A stretch of DNA of 64,000 nt from Halobacteriovoraceae bacterium (GTDB taxonomy: Bacteria; Bdellovibrionota; Bacteriovoracia; Bacteriovoracales; Bacteriovoracaceae): assembly GCA_963719505.1 (NCBI GenBank), contig CAVRCF010000005.1:928001-992000 (forward strand), written 5' to 3'. The stretch's first letter is position 1; every line of letters starts with the position of its first letter. A program made the translations under genes and the position numbers. The notes below the pieces were generated by a model that worked only from the letters and a program-made list of their open reading frames with translations, was not told where the DNA came from and did no database searches. Of this stretch, positions 39,412-50,213 are shown piece after piece.

Positions 39412-39552
39412 ATGCTCATCATAGGACTAATTTGATCATTTTTAAATCTAAAAATCTCAGAACTCTTCAGCAAAACTGGCTGACTATTCTTCTCTGCTAT
39501 TATTTATGACTTAGTGCTTGCACAATGTTAAAAATTTTATGAAAATAGTAAA

Positions 39553-40890
39553 ATGATTAATAAAATTCGTAACTTATTTAACAAAATAAAGAAAAATAAA
39601 TCTTCAGAAGACTTATTTGAAGAGGATTTTTTAGATGATGATGAGCAACTAGATCTTCCTCCCGTTCCGGTAAATCAAGAAGAAGATGCTGATGAAGAAG
39701 TTGAAACAATTGATCAGTTTGATCAAACTGGTTCTTTTGATGAACATATTCTTGACCTTGATGATGGTAAACTATCATTAAAGGACTCTTTAAATTTAAA
39801 ATTCGATTCATTTAAAAACTCTGTAGGAAGAATAAAACTCACAAAGCCCAAGAAAATGAAACTTGGTGAATTAAAAGAAATGACGGGAAAGATAAAGCTT
39901 CCTAAGTCTTTCAATTCGAATTCAACTTTTAAAAAAATTGACCTTGCAAACATTCATAATGATTTTTTTAGCTCTTCTTCAAGACAGAAAATTCATAGAT
40001 TTTTTCAATACTCTTTTGTGTTTCTCATCATCTTTACCGCAGCTAAAACGGCAGGAATCATTCTCAATGGGAAAAACGACTACAAGGCCCTGCCTAAGAA
40101 TGCATCCATCGAAATCGACAAAACACTTATGCTTCAAGCAAACGACATCAATCAAATAAAGAATGCTAAACTTTTTAAAACGGAAGCTAAAAAAGTTGAT
40201 ATTGATCCAAAAAAACCAAATGTTCAATCAAATCTTGCATGTGTTAAAGCTGATTCCAAATCAAGATTACCAATAAAGCTAATCAATACGATTGTTCTTC
40301 AAGATGAGGTAAAGTCTATTGCCTCGGTTCAAGTTCGTTCAGAGAACCTACTTCAAGAGCTTAGGGTTGGAGAGAATATAGATAACTTAGCAAAAATAGA
40401 TAAAATTGAACGATCAATGCTTATTATCAAAAATCTCAAAAGCGGGACCTGTGAATCGATTGAAAACGAAGAAGATAAGGCTGACTACTCACCAATCGCA
40501 GTCATGTCCCCTTCTCAATCAAAAACGTTCAAGCAAAATTTGAAAAAGATTGATGGGATTGAGAATGAAGGTAATAAGTTTGTGATTGAAAAAGAATTTC
40601 TTAAAAAGAAGATGTCTAATATTCAAGATATTCTTACACAGGCTCGCGGGATTCAAATCAATAACCCAGATGGAACAATTTCTTTCAAGATTGTTGACGT
40701 CCAACCTGGCGGTATTTTTGCTTATTTAGGGATTCAAGACAATGATATCATCACACAAATTGATGGTCAGCCGATCAATGATCTTAACGCTGTCATGTCA
40801 CTTTTTGGAAAGATTTCAAATATAGATAAACTAGGATTGAGTATAAAAAGAGATGGAGTTGAAACTCCGCAAGAATATAAGTTTAAATAG
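39553..40890 (+). CDS. gspC: Type II secretion protein C with PDZ domain and long acidic N-terminus
   Basis: TM near aa 150; HR-like domain; PDZ (PGGIFAYLGIQDNDII); first gene of the gsp cluster. Confidence 0.8.
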   Translation: MINKIRNLFNKIKKNKSSEDLFEEDFLDDDEQLDLPPVPVNQEEDADEEVETIDQFDQTGSFDEHILDLDDGKLSLKDSLNLKFDSFKNSVGRIKLTKPKKMKLGELKEMTGKIKLPKSFNSNSTFKKIDLANIHNDFFSSSSRQKIHRFFQYSFVFLIIFTAAKTAGIILNGKNDYKALPKNASIEIDKTLMLQANDINQIKNAKLFKTEAKKVDIDPKKPNVQSNLACVKADSKSRLPIKLINTIVLQDEVKSIASVQVRSENLLQELRVGENIDNLAKIDKIERSMLIIKNLKSGTCESIENEEDKADYSPIAVMSPSQSKTFKQNLKKIDGIENEGNKFVIEKEFLKKKMSNIQDILTQARGIQINNPDGTISFKIVDVQPGGIFAYLGIQDNDIITQIDGQPINDLNAVMSLFGKISNIDKLGLSIKRDGVETPQEYKFK

Positions 40891-40916
40891 AACGCAAATA
40901 CAAATAAAGGATCTTC

Positions 40917-43244
40917 ATGCAGAAGAATTTTAAATCACGGATGATTGGAACTGTAACTTTAGTTACAACCCTACTAGCATTAAATCCCGATGCTCTAGCT
41001 CAGTTTGATAAGTTCAAATCAAAACCAAACTATAAACCTGGCTCAGTTCAAAACCAAAATGCTGGTGCAAATAATTTTACTGGTGCCAACACTCAAAGTA
41101 CTCAAGATAAAGAAACCTTCGGAAATAGAGTGACAGGGAATACGACTAAGAAAGACTCAAAATACGTAAATCTAAATCCTGAAACTGCTTTTGGCCCAGA
41201 AATCATTACAAGCTTCGATTTTCCGGATACAGACATAATGGATATGACACGTCATATGCAAAAATTAACTGGAATTAATTTAATTCTCGACAAAGATGTT
41301 AAAGGTAAGGTTTCAATCACTGCCCCGACTCCCATAACTGTTGGTGATGCTTGGAAGGCTTACCTTGCAGCATTGAATATGGCCGGTTACACATTAGTTA
41401 AATCTGGTGCTTTTTATAAGATTATTAATGCAAGAGATGTAAGGTACGTCCCGACAAAAATTTATACTGGTACCTATACCCCTGATACTGAATCTCATAT
41501 GATGAAGGTTCTTTCCTTAAAAAATGTCGATGCTGCAGAAATTTCGAGAAACTTTAGACCTTTCATGAGTCGTTACGGAAGAATCATCGATATCAAGCAA
41601 ACAAACACAGTTATCATCTCAGACACAGGATCAAATATTCAAAGACTAGAGAGGCTCATAAAGTTTCTAGATGTTCCAGGGTATGACGAGTCTCTTCAAA
41701 TCATACCTGTAAGAAATACATCCGCTCAGGAAATTGCAAAACTTTTAGATGAAATTTTAAAAGGAGACTCTGGTCCATCTCGTACGACTTCAAGACGTTC
41801 AAGCACAGCTTCATCTTCTCGTTTCTCAAGTGGTGGGTCAGGAAGTGACGGAAAGAATATTTCCAAAATTATAGCTGAACCAAGAACCAACTCTATTATT
41901 GCGATGGCAAATGCAGAGGGAGCGAGAGAGCTTAGAGAACTTATAACAAAGTTAGATACTCAAATAGTCTCAACAAATTCAGATAAAATTCATGTCCATT
42001 ATTTAAACTATGGAAACGCTGAAGAATTATCTAAGACTCTCTCATCTCTTGTTTCGGGATCTGCCTCATCGGGGTCAAACTCAACAGGACCAGGAGCTAG
42101 AAGTTTTGTTCCTGCAAGAGATGGAAGTACACTTTTTAACGGAGAAGTTAAAATCACCGCAGATAAAAATAATAATGCACTCGTTGTTACGGCCTCTCCT
42201 ACTGACTGGTTAACTATGAAAAGTGTTATTTCAAAACTTGATATTCCAAGAGACCAAGTTTACGTTGAAGGAATGATTCTTGAGACAAACCTCACAAAAG
42301 TTAGAGCTTTTGGAATTGAGTATCCTTGGAGCTTATGGAAGTGGAAATGCTCAAAGAGGTGGATTTACAAATGGTGGCGGTTTAACAGACCTTTTAACAG
42401 GAAATCCGACAAATCAAGTGGATTCTTTGTTGGTGGTGGTGGCGGAGGCACAGTTGAGCTTCCTAACCCAGCTGGTGGAGATCCACTGAGAGTCAATTCA
42501 GTAAACGGACTTATTAGAGCAATGCTCAAGTAACTCTACAAATGTTCTCGCTACTCCACAAATTTTAGTGATGGATAATACTGATGCTGAGTTTGAAGTT
42601 GGTTCAACAGTTCCTATCGTTAACCAAGTCACAAATGCAAACGGGACAACATCATCAAATACAACAAATCAAGAGGCTAAACTTAGTTTAAAAATTACTC
42701 CTCAAATTAATAAAGTGACAAGATTTGTAAAACTTAAAATTAATCAATCTATTAATGACTTTACCGGTGAGGCTGAAGCTGGAGGCCAATGGTAGACCAA
42801 CTACATTAGGTCAGCTATCACTGAAGTTATGGTCAGAGATAAGAGACACAATTGCGATGGGTGGACTCTTACGAGACAAGGAACAACTGTCACTCAATAA
42901 GATTCCTCTTCTTGGGGATATTCCAGTTCTTGGGTGGCTCTTTAAAAACAAAGGAAAAGATATTGAAAAAGTTAATCTTCTTATGTTTATGACACCGTCA
43001 ATAATTTCTCCTTACGAAACTCAAGCAAGTCTTGTCACTGAGACAGCTGTTAGAAGAAAGCGCGTAAAGCGATAAAAGACGAGATGGTCGGTGATGACAA
43101 GGTTCCTTTTGCACAAAACTTTTGATGAAGTTGAAGAAAAAATAAGAAACCAAAAAAGTGGTGCTCTATACGACACAACGATGGACAACGAATTCATGAA
43201 AACAAATGATAGTGATGGAATCGGTGCGAAGTGAAATAGAATAA
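40917..43244 (+). CDS. gspD: Type II secretion secretin (3' part frameshifted; end approximate)
   Basis: N0-N3 domains, RTNSII, LDIPRDQVYVE, NVLATPQI, LKITPQIN, KIPLLGDIPVLGWLFK across several frames. Confidence 0.88.
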
Positions 43245-43259
43245 AAAGGATGCATAAAA

Positions 43260-45012
43260 ATGCGTATCTCTGATCACATATTTGAAAAAGTTGAAACAAA
43301 TAAGAAAAAAATTGGTGAACTTCTCATAGAACATACATCTCTTACTCACGAGCAGCTAGAAGAAGCCTCTAGAGCTCCAAAAGCATGAGAAAAAGTTATT
43401 GGGAGAGATTCTTCTTTCCAAAAACTTTATTCATCCTCATGAGATTATAAAAGTTATTTGTCATCAGGTAAACATCCCCTATCTCAATGATATTAAAGGT
43501 TGATGAGATTGATCCAAACCTTGTCAAAGATATCTCAATCAATTACGCTAAACATCATGAAGTTCTTCCCATTCTTGAGACATGAGTCGACTCTGTGACA
43601 CTTGCTATGAGTGATCCATTTGACTTTAATGCTATCAATGACCTCACTGGAATTTTTAAAAAAGAAAGTTCATATTGTTGTTACGACTCCTCTAAAGATT
43701 CAAGATGCAATTAACAGAATCTATGAAAAAGCTAATCAAAACATGGTTGACTCGTATTGAAGATGAATTTGAAGAAAATCTTGATCTCGATGGACCGATA
43801 GATATTCTTGATGCATCAGCAGATGAAGCTCCTGTTATTCGTTTTGTGAACTCTATTATTTTTCGTGCCGTCAAAGAGAGAGCATCTGATATTCATATTG
43901 AGCCTTATGAAAAAGAAGTTGTTTACCGCTTTAGAATTAATCGAGTTATGACAGAAATCCTAAGACAGCCAAAAAAGACACATGCGGCTGTTCTTCGAGA
44001 ATAAAAGTTATGGCAAAACTTGATATTGCAGAAAAAAGACTTCCTCAAGATGGAAGAATTAAAATTAAAATTGCCGGTAAAGATATCGATATTCGTTTAA
44101 GTACAGTTCCTGTTCAAAATGGTGAAAGAATTGTTATGAGGGTTCTTGAAAAGACAAATACTGTTCTCGAGCTCGAAGTCCCTGGGCTTTCAAGGGAAAG
44201 TTCTTCAAAGGACTGAAAGAACTATCGACAAAGAAAAACGGAGTTCTCTACGTAACCGGACCAACTGGTCATGGTAAGACGACGACCCTCTTTGCTATCC
44301 TCGATAGAATGAATACGCCAGATCGAATGATTATCACAGTAGAAGATCCAGTGGAGTATGAACTGCACGGTATTTCTCAAATTCAAGTTAATTCAAAAAT
44401 TGATTTATCTTTTGCCATGGCACTTAAGATCAATATTAAGACAAAACCCTGATGTTGTTATGGTTGGGGAGACAAGAGATCAAGAGACTGCTGAGATGGC
44501 GATTCAAGCCTCGTTTGACAGGTCACTTTGTTCTCTCTACCCTTCACACTAACGATGCCTCCAGCTGCACCAACACGACTTATTGATATGGGAGTTCAAC
44601 CCTTCTTAATTTCATCTTCTCTTGTTGGAGTTTTAGCACAAAGACTTGTTAGAACGCTATGTGTAGAGTGTAAGAGAGCCAACAACACTTATCAGATTAT
44701 GAAATGCAAATGCTTGATATTGAAAGCGTACCAGATGAGGCCATATTTGTAAAGCCTGTTGGATGTGATAAATGTAATATGACTGGATATGGTGGAATGA
44801 CTGTTGTAGCTGAGCTTCTTCTCATTACAGATCGAATTAGGCCATCTGATTATTCATAAGGCTGATACTTCTACTATTAAAAAAGCTGCAATGAAAGAAG
44901 GTATGGTCACTCTTGCTGATGGATGCCATGAGAAAATTTTTAGAGGAATTACTTCTGTTGAGGAAGTTCTAAGGGCCATTATTTCAGAAGCGGATGAACG
45001 AAGAAAGGATAA
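43260..45012 (+). CDS. gspE: Type II secretion ATPase (fragmented by indels)
   Basis: Start [72 protein letters not shown]. Confidence 0.9.
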
Positions 45013-45013
45013 G

Positions 45014-46235
45014 ATGCCTATTTATCAATATAAAGGAATTAGACAAAACTGGAAAGGAAATTAAAGCTGTAGTTACCGCTGAGAGCGATCATCCAAGCAA
45101 AACAATAAAATAAAGCTCTCCGGAGTTATGCTCATAGATATCAAAGAGAAAAAATCTAAGAGTGGTGGTCAAGTTCTGGCATTAGCTTTTGGTACAAAAG
45201 TAAAAGTTGCATGACCTTGCAATGATGACAAGACAGCTAGCAACTTTAGTTAGAGCAAAAATTCAAATCGTTGAAGTCCCTAGCCGCTCTTCAAGACCAA
45301 GTAGATAATGATTACTTAAGAGTCGTTCTCTCAGAGGTAAAGCAAGATGTAAATGAAGGAGCAAGTTTAGCCAAGGCTACTTGCGAAGCATCAAAAAGGT
45401 CTTTAATAATGTTTATATAAATATGGTTGAAGCCGGTGAAGAATCAGGAAATCTTAGAAGTTGTTCTTTTAAGACTCGCTGACTTTACTGAAGCACAAGT
45501 GAAATTACAAACATAAAATTAAAGGTGCAATGATGTATCCAATCATTATGATAGTAGTCGGAACTGTGCTCATGAGTGGTATTTTTATTTTCGTTATTCC
45601 AAAACTCGCAAAAATTTTTACCTCTAGAAAAATGGAACTCCCAATCCCTACTAAAATTTGTATCATTATTTCTAACTTTTTGCGAAATTACTGGTGTATC
45701 CTTTTAATCGGACTCGTTGTCGGATTTTTTGGCTATTTAGAAAGTAAATTTCTACAAGAAAAGGTGAACGACACTGGCATGCATTTTTACTTAAAGCTCC
45801 AATTCTTGGAACGATAGTAAAGATGGTTAATGTCAGCACGATTTTGCTCCACACTTGCCACTCTGATGAATTCTGGTGTTCCGATTTTAACGGCTTTGAA
45901 AATTGTGAAAAATTTAATTCCCAATGTTCATATGAAAGATGCTGTCGAAGGAGCAAGTAATGCTGTTTCAAGAAGGTAAAAATATGGCCATCCCACTTAA
46001 AGAAAGTGGACACTTTCCAAATATGGTGACGCATATGATTACCCTAGGTGAACGCTCAGGTGAATTAGAAAATATGCTTGGCATCATCGCTGAAAACTAT
46101 GAAGAACAAGTCGATGCGAAGATTGGAGGACTCACCTCAACACTTGAACCCATTATGATTGTAGGCCTCGGTATTGCGGTTTGTTTTATCGTTTTTTCTG
46201 TTATAATGCCAATGATGAAATTAAATCAAGTTTAG
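45014..46235 (+). CDS. gspF: Type II secretion inner-membrane platform protein (fragmented)
   Basis: Start MPIYQYKG; MTRQLATL, MVEAGEESG, AMMYPII, GERSGELENML, LEPIMIV. Confidence 0.88.
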
Positions 46236-46257
46236 ATAATCACTTAAGGAGTAAATA

Positions 46258-46713
46258 ATGTACAAATCTAGAGCAGTTTCTCTCGTACTTAAATCGCAAA
46301 AAGGTATGAGTTTAGTTGAGATTCTAATTGCGCTTACACTACTTGCTGTTGCTGGTACTTTTGTTGTAGGTCAGGTTTTTCAAAACTTAAATGAAGGCCA
46401 GATCCAGTCAACAAAAATTCAGATACAATCTTTTGGAAAAATCCTAAAAGAATACAGAAGAAAATGTGGACGCTACCCAACGACAGAACAAGGACTCGAA
46501 GCCCTTATCGCTGCGCCTACTGCTGGTACTCTTTGTAAAAGATATCCACCAAATGGATTTATTGATGCCAATAACATCCCTAAAGATCCATGGGATATGG
46601 ATTTTATTTATGAGTCTGATGGAAGAAATTATGAAATCATCTCAACAGGTGCTGACCAACTTGAAGGTGGCGAAGAAGAGTTTGATAAAGATATATCAAG
46701 CAAGGATCTTTAA
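46258..46713 (+). CDS. gspG: Major pseudopilin
   Basis: QKG|MSLVEIL; YPTTEQGLEAL, PKDPW, S.GAD..EGGE..DKDI. Confidence 0.92.
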   Translation: MYKSRAVSLVLKSQKGMSLVEILIALTLLAVAGTFVVGQVFQNLNEGQIQSTKIQIQSFGKILKEYRRKCGRYPTTEQGLEALIAAPTAGTLCKRYPPNGFIDANNIPKDPWDMDFIYESDGRNYEIISTGADQLEGGEEEFDKDISSKDL

Positions 46714-47402
46714 TAATAAACACTACATTAAAAAGAATTTTAAAAAGCCATCAAGGTTTCACATTAGTTGAAGTTTTGGTGGCTTTAGTTTTAGTCGTTA
46801 CCATCTTTAGTCTTATTCCATCTGGAAGCTTTAGTGGTAATAGTCAAAAGCTACAAGAATCAGTGACAAATATTGAAAGAGCTGTGCGTTTTTCTGTCGA
46901 CGAGGCAATCTTAAGAAATGCGATGACAAGAATTCTCATTGATCTAGATGGTGAACAGATCTCTTACTCTGTAGAGTATGGACCCAGCTCTGGACTCGTC
47001 CTCCCTGAGGTTTTAGATGAAAGCAAACTTTCGATATCAGAGAAAGAAAACCAAGAGAAGGTCCTCAAAGGTATCAATTCACAATTTAAAAAAGTATCTG
47101 AGTTTTCAGAAGAAGATAAAAAATTTCCTGAAGGGATAAGAGTATCAGGCTTAGCGAGTTCTTATCTACCTAATATTAAAATGAATGGAAAAGTGGCGAT
47201 TTACTTCTACCCCACTGGAGAGAGAGATAATGCAATCGTCTTTTTCACATCAGAGGACCAAATGATCGCTCTAGATATTCCACCTTTTGAAGACACGACC
47301 CGAAAAACATATTATACTTTTACTGAGTCTGATAAAGTCAATTTTGATGATACTGTAGACGTTAAAATGAGGGAGATGTTTGAGACGTGGTTAAAAGAAT
47401 AA
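46713..47402 (+). CDS. gspH: Minor pseudopilin (GspH-like); start uncertain
   Basis: In-frame upstream of the ORF-track start lies LKSHQG|FTLVEVLVAL; IYFYPTG motif; no in-frame ATG/GTG/TTG before the signal. Confidence 0.72.
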   Translation: MINTTLKRILKSHQGFTLVEVLVALVLVVTIFSLIPSGSFSGNSQKLQESVTNIERAVRFSVDEAILRNAMTRILIDLDGEQISYSVEYGPSSGLVLPEVLDESKLSISEKENQEKVLKGINSQFKKVSEFSEEDKKFPEGIRVSGLASSYLPNIKMNGKVAIYFYPTGERDNAIVFFTSEDQMIALDIPPFEDTTRKTYYTFTESDKVNFDDTVDVKMREMFETWLKE

Positions 47403-47929
47403 GCTCTATATTCAACAACGAACAAGGGTTCACTTTACTTGAGGTTTTGATTGCTTTAAGTCTCTTTGCTGTCTTCACAACAGTTTTTATTCTCTCTCAA
47501 GCGACAAACCTAAATAACTCATCTCTCATGACAGAAGATGTGACTCTTCATAATCTTGCTGAGATGAAAATGAATGAGATTCAGCTAAACCCTCCTCGAT
47601 TTACAAACGCCACAGAAAATGAAAAAGAAACAAAAGCTTTCGATATTGAGGGATATAAAAAATATAAATACACTATTGAGTATAAAAAATTAGAGATCCC
47701 TAATCTAAATGAACTCACGGGAAAAGAAGAAGGCGAAGACAATCCCAATGAAGATTCAAGAAACAAAGCGATACAAAAAATGGTTTTTGAAAAGTTAAAA
47801 GAAAATATGGAGAGAATGATTTGGCAAGTGAGAGTTACAATAACCAACACCGAGACTGATTATGCCTACGAGATAACTTCATGGATGACAAATAACGAAG
47901 CCAAGATAGATACACAGTTTGGATTTTGA
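47387..47929 (+). CDS. gspI: Minor pseudopilin (GspI-like)
   Basis: NEQG|FTLLEVLIAL; cluster position. Confidence 0.78.
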   Translation: MVKRISSIFNNEQGFTLLEVLIALSLFAVFTTVFILSQATNLNNSSLMTEDVTLHNLAEMKMNEIQLNPPRFTNATENEKETKAFDIEGYKKYKYTIEYKKLEIPNLNELTGKEEGEDNPNEDSRNKAIQKMVFEKLKENMERMIWQVRVTITNTETDYAYEITSWMTNNEAKIDTQFGF

Positions 47930-48821
47930 TTTGAAAAATAATGAAAAAGGTTTCACATTACTAGAGGTTATGATTGCAATTGCTCTTTTGTCATTTGTTG
48001 TCATCGCTATAGTTCAAATCACCGGTGGTGCACAAGACACAGTCGATAGAACACTGCTTGAAGACAAAGAATTACTACAGGTTGAAACAGCTTTTGCAAG
48101 GTTTGAATGGGACTTTTCCCAGATCTACTCCCCCTTATATTTTTCTCATGAGATGAGAAAACAAGCTGATGACTCAGAGGAAGCTCTACTTGCCTTTGAT
48201 AGACTATTAGAGCCATATCAAGGGAGACCAAACTTTGACTCTTTAAGCTATGATGGCTACCCCATTCCTAGATTTACCTTTGAAGATAAAAATGAAATTA
48301 CATTTTTCACCACCTCTAATCGCAGAAAGATGAAAAATATTAAACAGTCTCACTTTGCTTGGGTTAGATACCTTCTTGAGACTGATCGCGAAACTGATGA
48401 AGAAGAAAATGCAGACGGAACTAAAACAATCAGGGCAAAGGGTATTTGGGTTCGAAAGGTTTTTACTGAAGATGCATTCACGAATGAACAGATCGATTGG
48501 TCAAATGTAAAATCCCAAGTCCTACTCAGAAATGTTGAAAAGATCTCCTTTGAGTTTTGGGACTTTGAAAATAGAAAATGGGTTGACAATATTAGGCTCA
48601 TTAAGGATGGCGATAAGCTTTTTAGAGGAGTGAGAATAACTCTAGTCTGGATGTCATTTGACAATATAGAGCAGACATTTGTGAGAACCTTTAGACCTCT
48701 TTACCCTCACTTTATACCAGAGGATCTCTACAAGTTATCAAACGGTGCCGTCAATAAGCCAATTGATCCCAATTCGGATCTTGAGAATGATCCCAATGAA
48801 GGTGACGATGATGAAGAGTAA
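47919..48821 (+). CDS. gspJ: Minor pseudopilin (GspJ-like)
   Basis: NEKG|FTLLEVMIAI; VRYLL, LLRNVEKISFEFWD; cluster position. Confidence 0.8.
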   Translation: MDFDLKNNEKGFTLLEVMIAIALLSFVVIAIVQITGGAQDTVDRTLLEDKELLQVETAFARFEWDFSQIYSPLYFSHEMRKQADDSEEALLAFDRLLEPYQGRPNFDSLSYDGYPIPRFTFEDKNEITFFTTSNRRKMKNIKQSHFAWVRYLLETDRETDEEENADGTKTIRAKGIWVRKVFTEDAFTNEQIDWSNVKSQVLLRNVEKISFEFWDFENRKWVDNIRLIKDGDKLFRGVRITLVWMSFDNIEQTFVRTFRPLYPHFIPEDLYKLSNGAVNKPIDPNSDLENDPNEGDDDEE

Positions 48822-50166
48822 AAAGACAGACCTTCAAATACTTTTAAAAAATGATTCTGGTGTGGCCATTATCATGGTTTTATCTGCGATCGTACTTTTA
48901 ACAACAATCATGATGAACTTTAGCTTCGACTCCAATATCAATAGAATAAAGGCTTATAATATTGAAAACAAAGGTCAGGCAAAGCTTACAGCTGAAAGTG
49001 GTCTTCAGTTTGCGATGGTTCGTCTAAGACTTTACCAAGAGGCCTTTAACTACCTAGAGAATAATAAAGCTGCGAAAGACTTTGCCACTCCGGAGGTTCT
49101 CAATAGCATTTGGAATTTTCCTTTTGTTTATCCCATTCCTATAACCAATAAAATGAATGCTATTCAAAAAGATTCAATTAATAAGTTTACTGAAAATACT
49201 TTTCTTCAAGGAGAACTAAACCTTGTTATCAACAACCTTTCTCAAAAAATAAATTTGAATCTCCTTAGAGTTTCCCTACTGGCGCAAGCTGTGAAAGCAA
49301 ATGAAGAGAACAACGTTGAGCCCGACGAGGATGAAGTTCAAAAAGATGCTGATTACAATGTTGAAAATCAGGTTATCCGAACACTAAAATTTTCTATTGA
49401 AAGAGAAAGTATAAACGATGAAATCTTTTCCGGAAAATATTTTGGATTAGACCCTATCATTTTGGTCAATCAGTTAAAAGTATATCTGAGTGACCCAAAC
49501 TCTTTGCAAGATGATGGCGGTGCGAGTTCAGAGTTTGAAAAGATTGGACTGACCTTGAAAAGAGCACCGATTGCTTCTTTTAGCGAACTTTACACGATGC
49601 CTGGCTGGGATGATGATCTCGTGGATTTAATCAAAGGAGAATTTACGGTCTATGGCGCCCTAATGGTGGACCTAAATAAAATTACCGATAAGATGCTTAG
49701 ACTCCTTATCCCCAGTATTACTGACCAAGAAGTTAAAGAATTTTTTGAGTATAGAGATGATCCAGAGGACCCCAAGTTTTTTAATAAATCAGAGGATTTT
49801 AAAAGGTATATTGTTGATATAGGAACAGTGTTAGATTCTGAAGAGTACGATAAACGTATGGCAAAATTCGAAGCTCAGGGCCTTCGCTTTGGACCAACTC
49901 CTTCCCTTTTTCAGGTAAAGTCTGTGGGAAAGAAAGACAGAGCAACATACACTATTACCGCCTATGTTAGCATACCGGCCAAACCAATACCAAAGCCCAA
50001 AAAGCCTTTAAACCCTGGAGAGAGTGAAGAACCTCGTGACGGAATTGACCCTGATGACCAAACACCGGTAGCACCGACACAACCCACGAATCCAAACCCT
50101 AACAACGAAGAAGAGCAAAAGACTCAACTTTTAGTCCCGCGAATACTAGAGATCTTTATAAGTTAA
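48808..50166 (+). CDS. gspK: Minor pseudopilin (GspK-like)
   Basis: NDSG|VAIIMVL without Glu5; KINLN, SFSELY.MPGW; start moved to 48808. Confidence 0.8.
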   Translation: MMKSKKTDLQILLKNDSGVAIIMVLSAIVLLTTIMMNFSFDSNINRIKAYNIENKGQAKLTAESGLQFAMVRLRLYQEAFNYLENNKAAKDFATPEVLNSIWNFPFVYPIPITNKMNAIQKDSINKFTENTFLQGELNLVINNLSQKINLNLLRVSLLAQAVKANEENNVEPDEDEVQKDADYNVENQVIRTLKFSIERESINDEIFSGKYFGLDPIILVNQLKVYLSDPNSLQDDGGASSEFEKIGLTLKRAPIASFSELYTMPGWDDDLVDLIKGEFTVYGALMVDLNKITDKMLRLLIPSITDQEVKEFFEYRDDPEDPKFFNKSEDFKRYIVDIGTVLDSEEYDKRMAKFEAQGLRFGPTPSLFQVKSVGKKDRATYTITAYVSIPAKPIPKPKKPLNPGESEEPRDGIDPDDQTPVAPTQPTNPNPNNEEEQKTQLLVPRILEIFIS

Positions 50167-50213
50167 TTGCTTTTTTTCTCGTATTTTCATCTATAAATCC
50201 CTAAGATATTAGT

